From positions 111,724,001 through 111,788,000 of the forward strand of contig OX597820.1 of assembly GCA_951406725.2 (NCBI GenBank): 64,000 bases of DNA, in the 5' to 3' direction. Positions within the stretch are counted from its first letter, which is position 1, and every line of letters begins with the position of its first letter. Positions 14,016 through 26,471 of the stretch are shown here, one piece after another. The stretch is from Octopus vulgaris (taxonomy: Eukaryota). The notes beneath the pieces were generated by a model. That model saw only the letters and a program-made list of their open reading frames with translations. It was not told the DNA's origin and did no database searches. The position numbers and the translations under genes were made by a program.

Positions 14016-14416
14016 GTAAGGAAACTTTTTGTTTAATAACTTGCAATATTAGTCCAATTCATGCCAGCATGGAACATGGATGTGATGTTCAATGATGAGA
14101 TGTTAGCTCTAAATGGGGCTGGATATTGGGAGAGGTTCTTGGTAGGGTCTCTAGTTATTTCTTATTTCCACAAAAAATGCAATCACTGTTTAGAGTTGAA
14201 GCAGAACTGCCTACAAAGCACATTATCCAATTTTATATATATATATATATATATATCAAAATAAGCAACAAGGATAGCCAAAGATAGTGTAGTACAATCG
14301 TTTCATGCTACTTCATTTAATTAAACAATGTAAGTATTACATCAGTTTTAAAATAACTTAAGTACCATATTCATCTGAATCTAAATTTTTGCTGTACTTA
14401 TATATATATATATATA

Positions 14417-14835
14417 CTAGCTTAAAAGCCACCCAATTGGGTGGCTTTTAGGCAAGTGGCCCTGAATGGGAAGATCTGTAAACAGATCTCTGACTTGTTT
14501 TGGAGAATTTGTTGCAATTGCTTCCAGAGTCACATCTCAATGTTGTCGCAAAAAATCATGTAAAAGAATCGCCAAAAACAATCGCAGTAATGAAAACATA
14601 GGAATCCAAAATTTCAGGAGTGTTGGTCCAGATTTGTCCCGGAATGTTTTTAATTTACTCATGGAGTTAGCCTTTAGATTATAATATTTGTTATACAAAA
14701 AATTTGTTACAAAAAAGTCTCGTAAAAAAATCAGTGAAAACAATCACGGTAATAAAAACGTAATAATCCAAAATTTCAGGATTGTGCGTCCAGATTTTGC
14801 CTGGAATGTTTTTAATTTACTCAGAGTCAACCTGA
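14417..14835 (-). mobile_element. Probable Helitron 3' end with internal ~165-bp tandem duplication
   Basis: CTAG at 14417-14420 next to a perfect 28-bp palindrome (14423-14450). Two similar units at about 14550-14673 and 14712-14833. Confidence 0.55.
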
Positions 14836-14876
14836 TTCCAAAATGGTATGATATGTTGGAAATGGTATGATATGTT

Positions 14877-15109
14877 TAAGGCGGTGAGCTGGCAGAAACA
14901 TTAGCACGCCGGGCGAAATGCTTAGCGGTATTTCGTCTGCGTTACGTTGTGAGTTCAAATTCCACCGAGGTCGACTTTGCCTTTCATCCTTTCGGGGTCG
15001 ATAAATTAAGTACCAGTTACGCACTGGGGTCGATGTAATCGACTTAATACCTATGTCTGTCCTTGTTTGTCCTCTCTGTGTTTAGCCCCTTGTGGGTAGT
15101 AAAGAAATA
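14877..15109 (+). mobile_element. Young tRNA-derived SINE (second family) with 13-bp TSD
   Basis: GGTATGATATGTT at 14864-14876 and 15110-15122. A-box-like GAGCTGGCAGAA and B-box-like GAGTTCAAATTCC. CpGs retained; decayed relatives at 24130-24990. Confidence 0.85.
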
Positions 15110-17029
15110 GGTATGATATGTTGGAAAAAGTGTGATACACTGACATTCACATTTATTATATCAGATATTTTTAATTTTGGGGAAACTTTCATCATCATCC
15201 ATCATTTTGAATCTGGTTTTGTCCCCGTTAACAGCGGTGGCCAGATCTCCCTCAATGCCATGGCAACTGCCCTCGCACCATCTTGCCTGATTATGGGCGT
15301 CCTCCTTTTTCAAGCCACCCTCCCAGTCTCTTCCCACATTTTCCTCGGTCTATCTAGCTTTTGCTGTCGATTTACCTCAAACTCTAGCACCTTCTTCAGA
15401 ACATGCTCCTCACCCCTCCTCAACACATGCCCATACCATTTGCCCTTGCCAGCCATTCTACTGATTTCTCCAACCCCAGCATCCCCATCAAGTCTTCAGT
15501 CCTCCTCTTATCAAACAGCCTCACACCACACATTTCTCTCACCATTGCTCTCTCAGTCCTTCTCAAAATTACCATCTCTCTCTCTCTCTCTCTCTCTCAA
15601 ACACCATGTCTTGCTCCCATACAGCATTGCAGCTCTCACACAACTCCTATAGACCTTTCCTTTCATCTTCAATGAGAACCTTTTCCCATATAACAAAGCT
15701 TCACATTCCCTGAACTTCACCCAGCCAAGTCTCACTCTTGCTGTCACAGCTGCTTCACACCCACCACTTACATCTACCCTACCTCCCAAATAACAAAACC
15801 CTCTCACCATCTCCAGCTCATCACATAGTGTTTCCACTGACTTCACCAGCCCTCCAGCTCCTTTCTCACATCTTCCACAAACAAATCACCTTCTTCATTT
15901 TTGTACATCTACCATGAATCCATTTCTCACATTTTGTATACAACACCGCATTTTCCATTACCCTCCTCCCACAGACACCACATTGATCCACCTTACTCAC
16001 TAACACTTCTCCTTCCACCCCACTCACCATCACCTTTGTCTTTCCGAGGTTTACCTTCAAACCCTTGCTTTCAAATGCATCCTTCCATTTCCAAAACTTC
16101 TCCTTCAATTCCTCCATCATCTCACTCATCAGAACAAGGTCATCTGCATACAGTATCCTCATTAGCAGTCCCTCTCTTCCACTCTCCATCACCACATCAA
16201 GCACTATTGCAAACAACAATGGTGACAACACAGATCCCTGATGCATACCAACTTTAACTGCAAACTCCTGACAGCTCTGATCCAATTCTCACTCGTCTTT
16301 AACCCTTATACAAACTCATCATTGCTCTCACTTTTACCTTTAGTACACCTCTCTTCCTCAACGCCCACTCAATCACCTTCCTTGGAACCCTATCAAATGT
16401 CTTCTCCAGATCAACGAAGCACACGTACAACTCCTTCCCTTTATCTCAGTATTCCTCCTGCAATCTCCTTACAATGAACACTGCATCTTTTGTCCTCCTT
16501 CCTGGAATAAAACCAAATTGCATTTCGTCCACATCCACCCCTTTCCAAATTCTCTTCTCCAACACCCTTTCTACTATCTTCATTGCATGCTCCAATAGCT
16601 TTACTCTTCTATACGCCCCACAACACATCACATCTCTATTCCCCTTGAAGATCGGTACCACCACACTTAATGCCCAATCATCTGGCATTCCTCTCCCATC
16701 CAGTACACCCTGGCAGAGCTCCATCATCACAAAAATCCTTATCTTTCCACTTGCAGTTATCATTTCTACACTTACTTCTGATGGACCAACTGCCTTTCCT
16801 GTTTTCATTTCCTTCACTGCCTTGACTACTTCTTCCCAACTAACTCTCTCCACTGGCCCCTTCACTTCCATCCTCTGATCCCATTCACTCTCCACATTCA
16901 TAATTCCCTCCAAACTCTTCCCCTGTCCTTCTCACTAAAATTTAACCTTCCATCACTCCCACTCATGCATCTTCCTCCCTCAACATCTCTTCCATCATTT
17001 TTCATTGATTTAATAAATCTAAACACTCT

Positions 17030-18659
17030 ACATTATTTACATTTGATGGATATTTGTCCTCATCTTGTTTGTTGTTAACATAATGTTTCTTTAGCTTTCT
17101 TCAGGTGTCTTCGGGAAATTTAGAACCTGGGTTCTCATTCTTAAGGTATTTTTCGATGGTATTGTTATTCAACCCATGCTGGCCGTCCAACCCATGCTAG
17201 CATGGAAAACAGACATTAAACGATAATTATTATTATTATTATCTTACATATTAAAACTGAAAATGTCTGTGTGTATGTGTATTGTCCTCGTTTTGTGCCA
17301 AAATGTGAGAAGGTGGCTTGACTGATTTTTCTTAAACTTCACATGCACATTGTTTACGTGTTTGGAGAGGTTTTAAGTATAAATTGACTTCGAAAAAATG
17401 TTCGGGTAAATGGCGGGAGGAATAACATTTGGGCATGAGTGAACGGTAGAAATAAAATTTTTAAGCTTCCAAGGGAAATAACCCATTCATTTTCAGTATG
17501 CTTATTTCTTAGTATTTGAACTATTTTAGTTATTTTCTCAATTTATCCAGTACAACGCTTAAACAAGTAAATAGTTTTCTTCTAAACAATAAATCCACTT
17601 ATTTCGGTTAGTGACTTATTCACGAATATACCAACTCTAGTGCTGCTGAGGGTAATATTCTCTGGGAACGCACAAAAGCTTTTTTCACAGTTAATTATTT
17701 TGAATTGTTATTATCTCATATCTGATTAGCCTGTTATTACATAACATGTTTCAGGATTTTAGTATACATACCTTATTAGTATTTCCTCCTAAAATTTTTT
17801 TCTCTGGGCTACTTTATTTGAATTCTTACTATAGGGTAACTAAATTCATGTTATTACATAACTGACTTCACAATTTGAGTATTCATAACTTATTGGGAAT
17901 TCCTAAAAACAACATCCTTTGTAAGACAGTTCGGTATTCTCAATAAATACACAAAAACTGTTTTAAGGGCTACATACTTTGTATTGTTACTGGATTAGCG
18001 AAACAATTATGAGAACGGAACCAAGGGATAAGCCCCGCTTTCCCGGGAATTACCGGGTATGTCAGCTACTATATATATATATGCTTATTATAGCCTCAGG
18101 CTAACCAAAACCTTGTGAGGGGATTTCGTATTCAGAAACTGAAAGAAGACTGTCATATATGTGTATGTGTGTGCGTATCTTGTGTTTGTACCCCCACCAT
18201 TGCTTGGCAACTGATGTTGCTGTGTTTACATTCCCGTAACTTAGCAGTTTGGTAAAAGACACTGGCAGAATAAGTACTAGGCTTACAAAGAATAAATCCT
18301 CTGGTTGATTTCTTCAACCAACGGCTGTGCTCCAGCATGGCCGCAGTCACATGACTGTAACAAGTAAAACCATAAAAATCTATGCCATTTTAATCCCTAG
18401 TAAGACCGGGTATCTCTGCTATTTATCATTATTGTTCAGGTCACTGTTTGATTCCAATCAGTGACCTGAACAATGATAATAATAATAATAATAATATCGA
18501 AAAATACCTTAGGAATGAGAACCCAGGTTCAAAATTTCCCCAAGACTCCTGATGAAGGCTGGAGGGTCAGCCGAAACGTGTTAACAACGAACAAGTTGAG
18601 GACAAATATCCATTGAATGTAAATAATGTAAATAATTCCTCATCTCTTAAATATAGAAC
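17030..18659. mobile_element. Inverted Penelope-like terminal-repeat insertion with 12-bp TSD and later nested inserts
   Basis: TCTAAACACTCT at 17018-17029 and 18660-18671. Arms at about 17030-17170 and 18480-18629 are reverse-complement copies containing hammerhead-like cores. Confidence 0.75.
17242..18069 (+). mobile_element. Non-autonomous Helitron
   Basis: 5' A|TCTTACATATTAAAACTGAAAATGTCTGTG. 3' hairpin CCCGG..CCGGG followed by CTAC|T (variant of CTAG). No TSD. Confidence 0.7.
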
Positions 18660-19120
18660 TCTAAACACTCTGGGTTCTCATCCAATCTGTGCAACCTCTC
18701 CTTAGCCTCCTTCCTTATAAATCTTACAACCACCCTCTTTGCATGATTCTTCATGATATTATACCTGGCTCTCATTTGTTCAGTCCTATTATTACATAAA
18801 GCTTTGTGTGCCGCCTTCCTTACTATTGCATCGCTCACCTTCTCATTCTACCACCACGTATCTCCTCGATCTGTCCTACCCTTCGTCCTTTCACACACTT
18901 TGTCATATGCCTTTAAGTATCCTTTCTTTAAAAGACTTCCACAGATCTGGTACCTTGGTGCTTACCAACTCTCCAACTCTTTCCTCAAATCTTGGTCTTG
19001 TTTCTTCTTCCACACCTTTCTCCACTCAACTATTCTCTTTCTCACAAGTCAGCAACCACCAACCTGTGCTGCAACTCCCCTGGTATTCACATCTCTCAGA
19101 TATTTTCTGTTTTTCCTGCT

Positions 19121-19938
19121 GGATCTTTTCACTTTGACCGGCAGATATTTAAAATAATTTTTTTGTAACTAAACACTTTTAAACTTCTTATACTGGTAGA
19201 ATGTGTTTATAAAACATCTTTTGCTCTTGGCTTTCTTGAGAAAATTCTGTAGTTTGTAAGTTATTTGTTGTTTAATTTCGGGAATTTCAACCAATCAATG
19301 ATGTCTATTGTGGTGAAAACGATTTATGCCGTAATGTGTCAACAACAATTATTTCCGATGTCATATAAAATTGTCCCTGTTATTTATGAGAAAGAAAGAT
19401 ACCCTGTGGCCATAATCTGAGGGGTCACTCGTAAACAGAGCTGGATAACAAAACCGTTCCCTCTTTAGTGTCCACCCATAATTATGACCCTAGTATCGAT
19501 CTATTGCATTTCAATCTGTTTTAGGGCTACGGTTTGGGTTAGGAGTGGGGGGAAGGTTATCTTTTTTTCTTCAGAAATGTAAATAAACCCAATCTGTTTC
19601 TTAAACGAATATATAATATGTAATATGTGTATCTGTGCAACAGAGGAAAATTAAAACTGCATTTGTAAATAACGGACAATTTCATATGACACCAGAAATA
19701 ATTGTTGTTGACACATTACGGCAGAAATTGTTTTCACCTCAATAGACGTCATTGATTGGTTGAAATTGCCAAAATCCAAGAAATTAAAGACCAAATATCT
19801 TACAAACTACAGAATTTTCTCAAGAAAGTCAAGAAAAAAAGATGTTTTATAAACACATTCTACCAGTATACGAAGTTTAAAAGTGTTTAGTTACAAAGAA
19901 ATTATTTAAAAAATCTGCCAGTCAAAGCGAAAAGATCC
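19121..19938. mobile_element. Fold-back MITE with ~265-bp TIRs and 8-bp TSD (Merlin-like ends)
   Basis: Ends GGATCTTTTC...GAAAAGATCC. Flanks TTCCTGCT (19113-19120) and TTCCTGCC (19939-19946). Interrupts the RTE coding sequence. Confidence 0.9.
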
Positions 19939-21424
19939 TTCCTGCCAACCAACGTGAAATCAATCTCTGTCTCCTTCCTTCCTGCACACTGAAAGTCACC
20001 CTTTTCTCTGTTTTCCTAAACCATGTATTCGCCACGCACAACTCTTTCTCATCACAAAACTCCAACAGTATCCTTCCTTCCAAATATCTCTCCCCAATTT
20101 CATTTCCCCCATGCATACCCTCAAAGCCCTGGATCCATTTCCCAACATGTCTGTTAAAATCACCCATGCCCAAAACCAATTCATCTACCCTATGTAAGTC
20201 CCGCTCAATCACCATTTCAGCAAAGAACTACCCTTTCTCAGCGATCCCTCTTCCACTTTGCAGACCATACCCACAAATCACCCTCACCACTTCTTCAAAT
20301 GCTAACACTACTGTCATCACTCTGTCACTCTTTCTCCTGACCTCCACCACCTTCTCACAGATTTTTTCTTTCACCAAAACTCCCACACCTCCAGTACCCA
20401 TGCTATTTCCTGACCACCACAACGTTGTACCTTCTTCCCTTGACCCCCACAAATCTTGCACCCTGGCCCCTCCACCTAACCTCCTGCACACAATACACAT
20501 CCACCCTCCTCTTCCTCAATTCCTCATGCACCTCAGTTCCCCTTCCACACAGACTGCCCACATTCCAACTTCCCAATCTCATCCCATCAGCCATCATAAG
20601 GCAAGTCATGCTTGCGCAATCTTCTTTTTTCAGGTAGGCAGGTGCAACCCACCCCGACCTTTGGGCTGGCTGGCTAGTGCCCATTCTCCTTTGCTATTAT
20701 CATGAGGCATTTTCATAGCTTACCCCCAACCTCAGTTTCTAGAAATGAGTGGCCCAGAGACCAAAGCCTCTACCACGATTTTTAAGAAACTTTATTTCAA
20801 TTAAAGTGTGTGTGTGTGTATGTATATATGTCTCTATATATTGCTAAAGAAAGCAAAAAATAAAACAAATGATAGTGTTCAGTATGTTGGTGACAAGAAT
20901 TTCTGCCAAAGAGACATAGTTAAACAGTCATACATCATCTCCCTCTTTCTCTCACTCTCTTTGTTTATCTTCACCACCACACTCACTGTCTATGCCTACT
21001 ATTACTCTCTCCCCATCATGAGGAATAGTAGGAATGTCATTGAATAGTGAGAGAAGGGCTCTAAGTGTGACACACTGACACAGAAATTAGTTTTTGCATT
21101 TATTATATTAGATATCTTGTCTTTTTAGGAATGTGAGATTACTTGGAGTGGATTCCCAGTTCCTTCATTTCTGCCCCTTTTAGTCGCCTCTTATACCATG
21201 CAGGGAATACAGCGACTGCATTCTACCATCCCCCTCCCCCAGTCGCAGGGCGGGTTTGCTAGTTAACCCATACATAGCTGGGGCTCTTACAGGAGCTACC
21301 ACTCCTAGCCAGGATAGACCTAGGAATAATAGTGCCTAAGAGGTGGTTCCACATTCCTCAGACCCTGAAACCAGAGCCCCAGAGTCCTACTATTGGATGT
21401 AGTTTAGAGTCATACCCAGGACAA

Positions 21425-23040
21425 TTGGAAGGGAAGAGGTGAGGGAATCATTGTAGAAGATGGCAAACCGGAAGGCACTAGATAAAGATGGGTGTACAGT
21501 GGAATGCCTAAAGAAAAAAGGAGTGACAGTGATTGAATGGTTAGTGAAGCTTATGAATGTTTGTTATATGGCTGGAAGGGTACCAAAGGACTGGTGCAGT
21601 GCCTGTATAGTGCCACTCACTGTACAAGGGGAAAGGGGATAAATGTGTGTGTGGAAATTTTAGGGGTATAAGTCTGTTCTGTGTTGTTGGTAAACTGTAT
21701 GGGAGAATTCTGATTGTAAGGATGAAAAACCAGACAGAGAATGTACTAGGAGAGGAGCAGTGCGGTTTTAGGAGTGGAAGTGGGTGTACAGATCAAATAT
21801 TTGTAGTAAGGCAGATGTGTGAGAAGTTTTTGGTTAAAAGAGGGATGTGTATTGGGCCTTTATGGACCTAGAGACAGCATATGAACATGTGGCAGGTGTT
21901 GCGGTTGTATGGAGTAAATGGTAGATTGTTGAGAGTGGTACAGAGTTTTTATAAAGAAAGTAGGGTGGGTGGTGAAGTGAGTGAGTGGTTTGTAAAGGTG
22001 GGGTTAAGACAGGGTTGTGTGATGTCTCCGTGATTGTCTAATTTATATATGGATGATGTGGTGAGAGAGGTGAATGCTAGAACCTTTGGTAGGGGACCCC
22101 AGATGGTGGGAAAAATTGGATAGAAACAGTGAGTCAGTTGTTGTTTACTGATGATACAGCACTGGTGGCAGATTTGGAAGAGCAACTGAGGAGACTGGTG
22201 GTAGTTTGGAAGAGTTTGTGAGAGGAGGAAACTGAAAGGGAATTTAGCTAAGAGTAAGGTGATGAGATGTTCGAGAGAGGATATAGGATGGGTGTGAGTA
22301 TAAATGGTGAGATGTTAGAGGAGGTGAGTGTTGTTAAGTATCTGGTATCACATGTGACTGTGGATGGTGGGGTTGGCTGAGGAAGTGGGATACAGAGTGA
22401 GGGAGGGGAGTAAGATACTTGGAGTTGTGAACGGTATGCTGAGAGATAAAAGGTTGAGTATGAGGGCATGATTGTGCCGACGATGTTATATGGTGTAGAG
22501 GGGGCTGAGAGAGGTGGAAAGGAGGCAACTAGATGCGTTTGAGATGTGATGTCTGAGGGCTATGGTTGGTGTCACAGAGATGGATAGGATGAGGAATGAG
22601 GAGGTGCGACGGTGAGCAAGGATGAGAGAAAACTAACAATCAAAATGGATAGATGAATGTTGAGGTGGTTTGACCACATGGAGAGGATGGAGGAGGAGCA
22701 GATGGTAAGGAGGGTGATGAAGACAGGCGTGGTAGGCAGAAGAACCAGTGGCAGACTTCAGTTTGTGTGGATGGATGGAGTGAGGGAGAAAGGCAAGAGA
22801 GTTTATATGTGATAGGAAAGCTTGGAGAGTGTTTGTGGATGGATGAATGGATTTGATGTTGCTCAAAGGGGTACCAAACCAGCATATGTTGTTGGGCCCC
22901 GCTACTGATATTGAGGGTTAAGTTCTATGTGTTGACCCGAGCACCATATGGGGCTCACCTCTTTGAGCTGGGAAATGAATGGAATGCTTGGTGTGTGTCT
23001 TGTTATGGCCACACCCTCCTAAAAAGAAAAAATGGGGAAT
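21425..23040 (+). mobile_element. Decayed RTE LINE of a different family, no PHD finger
   Basis: VPKDWCSACIVPL, NFRGISL, EEQCGFRSG, LRQGCVMSP, LFTDDT pieces with many frameshifts. Confidence 0.85.
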
Positions 23041-23539
23041 AGGCCTGCATGTGTATGTATATATACACGTGTGTGTGTGTGTGTGTGATTATATATATAT
23101 AATTTCTTTGAACTGTTTCAGCTTTAAAGCTGTGCTCATGCTGGGGCACATATAAGGCAGGATAGGAAAAGAAGTGTTTTAGTTTCCCTAATCTTTACAG
23201 TCAAAACACATTAAGCTTTCTGTGGATAGAGAAAACAATGGTATTGCTCTGTTTAGCTTTGTTGATATAAAAATATCTGTCCTACCAACTATAAATATTG
23301 ACTACAGCTCATCACTTTAGCTATGCGGAAGGACTTTAAAGTAATGTTGTCTAGCTCTTTCATACAGAGATTGCACCTGCTAATTATAGTTATGACTGGG
23401 CTAAGGGAAAACACAATATATTGTAGTTAAACTCATTTGTATACAAATCACTGAGTGAAGAGGATAACAATGTTTTTGTAATGAATGTGTTTTAGATTTT
23501 ATTTTTAATTTGTTTTGTTTTTTCTTTTATTCACTTTAG

Positions 23540-23727
23540 AAATCCTGTCAGTCTAGTTTCCAGTCTCACCTGGACAAACTATTTCAAATATTGTCACAAG
23601 AACAGAACCAGCATTGGTGGGCCAGTGTTCACATGATCAAATTAATTGTGACCAGTTGTAATAAAGATGACCTCTTGTCTATAAAACAGTTCACCACACT
23701 CATAGAGTCAGGTTCTTTACCTCTACA
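23540..23727 (+). CDS. NOL11: NOL11 exon G (phase 0 to 2)
   Basis: Long T-rich tract then tcactttag| acceptor; CA|gtaagt donor. Open frame KSCQSSFQSHLDKLFQIL...FTTLIESGSLPL. Confidence 0.88.
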
Positions 23728-23870
23728 GTAAGTAACCTCAACATTTTTGTCAGCTTTCACAGACCTGTGAGGATGTTACCTTTTTCGTTTTTCTTTTCTT
23801 CTGTTTTTTTTCTCATCTTTCATACCAGTCAAGTCCTGGTATTTATTTTAAGAACTAAACCCATCCCTAA

Positions 23871-24080
23871 CCTATTAGCATTCAAACTGGCCTTATCTGG
23901 CCTAGATGTGCTACTTGCTTTATGTTCTAGCCAGCCAGATCCAGTCTATCACATCTACACTTCAATGCTATTATAAAATCTACTATCATGTCATCAATTT
24001 CAAAGCTACAAAATGATGCATGATTAATTAATGTGAATGAAAAGTGTTACATTTGACAGCATGATCTGAATGTTAAAGGA
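23871..24080. mobile_element. Old TTAA-type (piggyBac-like) MITE; related copy ends at 50992
   Basis: ctaa|cctattagcattca ... tgaatgttaaagga-cttaa. Second copy ends ctgaatgctaaaggg|ttaa. Confidence 0.55.
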
Positions 24081-25105
24081 CTTAAATATGTTGCTTGTGC
24101 CTTTGTTAAAAATAACCATCATTATTGTAGTGTATTGGCAAAACCATTTCAGCCTCTCTGACAAAATGCTTTGTGATAGTTATGGCTCTTTGCATTCAGA
24201 GTTCAAATGGCTCTAGTGTCAACTATATCTTTCCTCCTTTCTGGGTCAATAAAAATAAAGTACCAGTCAAGTACTGGGGTTGCACTACTCAATAAACCCT
24301 TTCCCTCAAAGATTATTGTCCTTGTGCTTAAACTAGAAACCATTCTTTGGTTCAAGCTGGTAGAATTGTTAGAGAATTGAACAAAATGCCTTGTGCTATT
24401 TGTTCTGGTTCTATATTTTCTGAGTTCAATTCCCACCGAGATCAACTTTACCTATCATCTTTCCAGGTTCAATAAAACAGAGAACCAGTCAAATACTGGG
24501 GTCAATGGTATCAACTAAGGGTTGATAAAAATAAAGTACAAGTACTGGGGCTGTAGTGCTCAATTAATCCCTCCCCTCAAAATTGCTGACCTTGTGCCTA
24601 AATTAGAAATCATCATCATCATCATCATTATTATTATTATTATGAAGGCAATGAATTGGCAGAATCATTTAGTGCATCAGACACAATGCTTGGCAGCATT
24701 TTGACCATCCTCATATGCTAAGTTAAAATTCCCCAAGGTCAATTTTACCTTTCATCCTTTCAAGGTCAATAAAATAAGTACCAGTTACACACTGGGTTGA
24801 TGTAATTGACTAATCCCCTCCTCCCAAATTTCAGGCCTTGTGCTTTTTGTAGAAAGGATTATCATTAGTTCAAATCCTGCCAGAATTGACTTTGTCTTTC
24901 ATGCTTTTGGTATTGATGAAATAAAAATTAGTCAATGTATTAGGGTTAATTTTTTTAATGCCTCCTCCCCTTGAAAAACTCATTTTGTGCCAAAAAAGGA
25001 AACTATTATTATTGATATTTAATATAGTTGTTCTTTGGTACCCAACTCATTTATCTTACACATGTATTATTTTAAAAAAAACATCTTTTTCTATTCCTTT
25101 TCTAG

Positions 25106-25231
25106 GTGTTTGCCAGATTTGATTAATTCTCTCATTAAGAAAAAGGAACCAAGTCTTGTGGATTTAGCTGTGAAAAAACTTTCAGATATCCCGGAAATTT
25201 GTTTAGCAAATATCATAAAATTTTATCTTAG
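25106..25231 (+). CDS. NOL11: NOL11 exon H (phase 2 to 2)
   Basis: ttccttttctag| acceptor, AG|gtaagt donor. CLPDLINSLIKKKE...LSDIPEICLANIIKFYL matches the NOL11 motif CPDL...PDIPE...KIFL. Confidence 0.95.
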
Positions 25232-26471
25232 GTAAGTTGGCTGGTGCATGGACATGTGCATACACAAGAAGTCCAGTTGGTGAGGAGCAAATAAAGTTAT
25301 AAGTCTTTCGATGCACAGTGTGAGCTTTAAGAAAAGGAGAGTGGAGTATGACATGAGTGGGTAATAAACCATCTTCAACTGAGCTAAGTGAAGTAGGCAG
25401 AATTATTGCCTTACTCAGAGAAACAAAATAATAGCAGTGAGTAAGGCTTTAGCTCATGATCATATGAGCTATAGTAGCAATAGTAGACATGCATCTGAAC
25501 TGATGTGGTATGATCAATATAGATGTAGTATTTTTAGTGTCCTTTCTGTTAGTATTGCCAAAGGCAATGAGTCAAGTGATGAACAAAAAACTTGCATTAT
25601 TTAGTCATGTTCTGAGTTCAAATTCCACCTGGTTCAAGTTACCCATCTAAGGTTGATAAAAGAAGTACCAGTCACCAGCTAAGCTCAATATGTGGCTACA
25701 ATAATAAGGATTTTATACATGGACACATACAATGTTGTTCAAGTGGTGATGTTCTTGATACATTTCATCTTCAAAAATATGTTAGAAGGTCTCACTTATT
25801 AACATCATTATTAAAGAGAACGTGTTAATGATTATTTTAGCATCTGCATTGTTGTTGTTGTTGCCTCTGCCACCACCATCACCCATATTAATTGTTTTGG
25901 ACAGAACTATAACTTAGAGGTAGCCTATAAAACACACCACAAGACTCATTATTATTCTGTGTGTGACTCTATTGTCTGTTGTGTGCAAGATCTCTTAAGA
26001 AATAAGTCTTTTGTATAAGGTTCCTATTGTGGAAGTAAATGGATGATTTAGCTGCTATATTCAGTTTAAGGACTATGTACAGAAGCATTGTTATTCACAG
26101 AATGCTAGGGAGTGGCTGTGATGGTCTGTAGCATACATTCATCTTTTGCCTTATTAAATTATATGCAAATATTTGTATAATTACTTATTAGATTATATGC
26201 AGATATTCATATAATTAATATAAATATCCCACTAATTCCTGAAGGGAGACACAGGAAAAATCATTAATGAGTCATAGATATTTTAACTGATATAGATATA
26301 TTTAAAAAATTGAGAAAATGAACTACAAAACATCAAAATATTAATCTGGCACTTTAATGGAAACTGACAAAGAGTGTATGTAAAATTATAACTTACCAAA
26401 ACATTCAAATGACTTTCAAATTCCTCTAGAGTTGCCTCCATCCATTCTGCTCTGTGCTCAAACAACTAATA

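Larger units (their letters stand above)
15190..20700 (-). mobile_element. Near full-length decayed RTE LINE split by nested insertions
   Basis: APE endonuclease pieces (GSWNVGSL, CVQEVRWRG, GDFNRHVG) at 19940-20700. RT pieces (QFGFIPGR, HQGSVLSPLLF, LYADDL) at 15550-17020. Confidence 0.92.

Noticed and set aside
14292-14350. Hammerhead-like motif on the minus strand
   Set aside because: Core is mutated (CUGAUGU) and stem I does not pair; treated only as a decayed relative.
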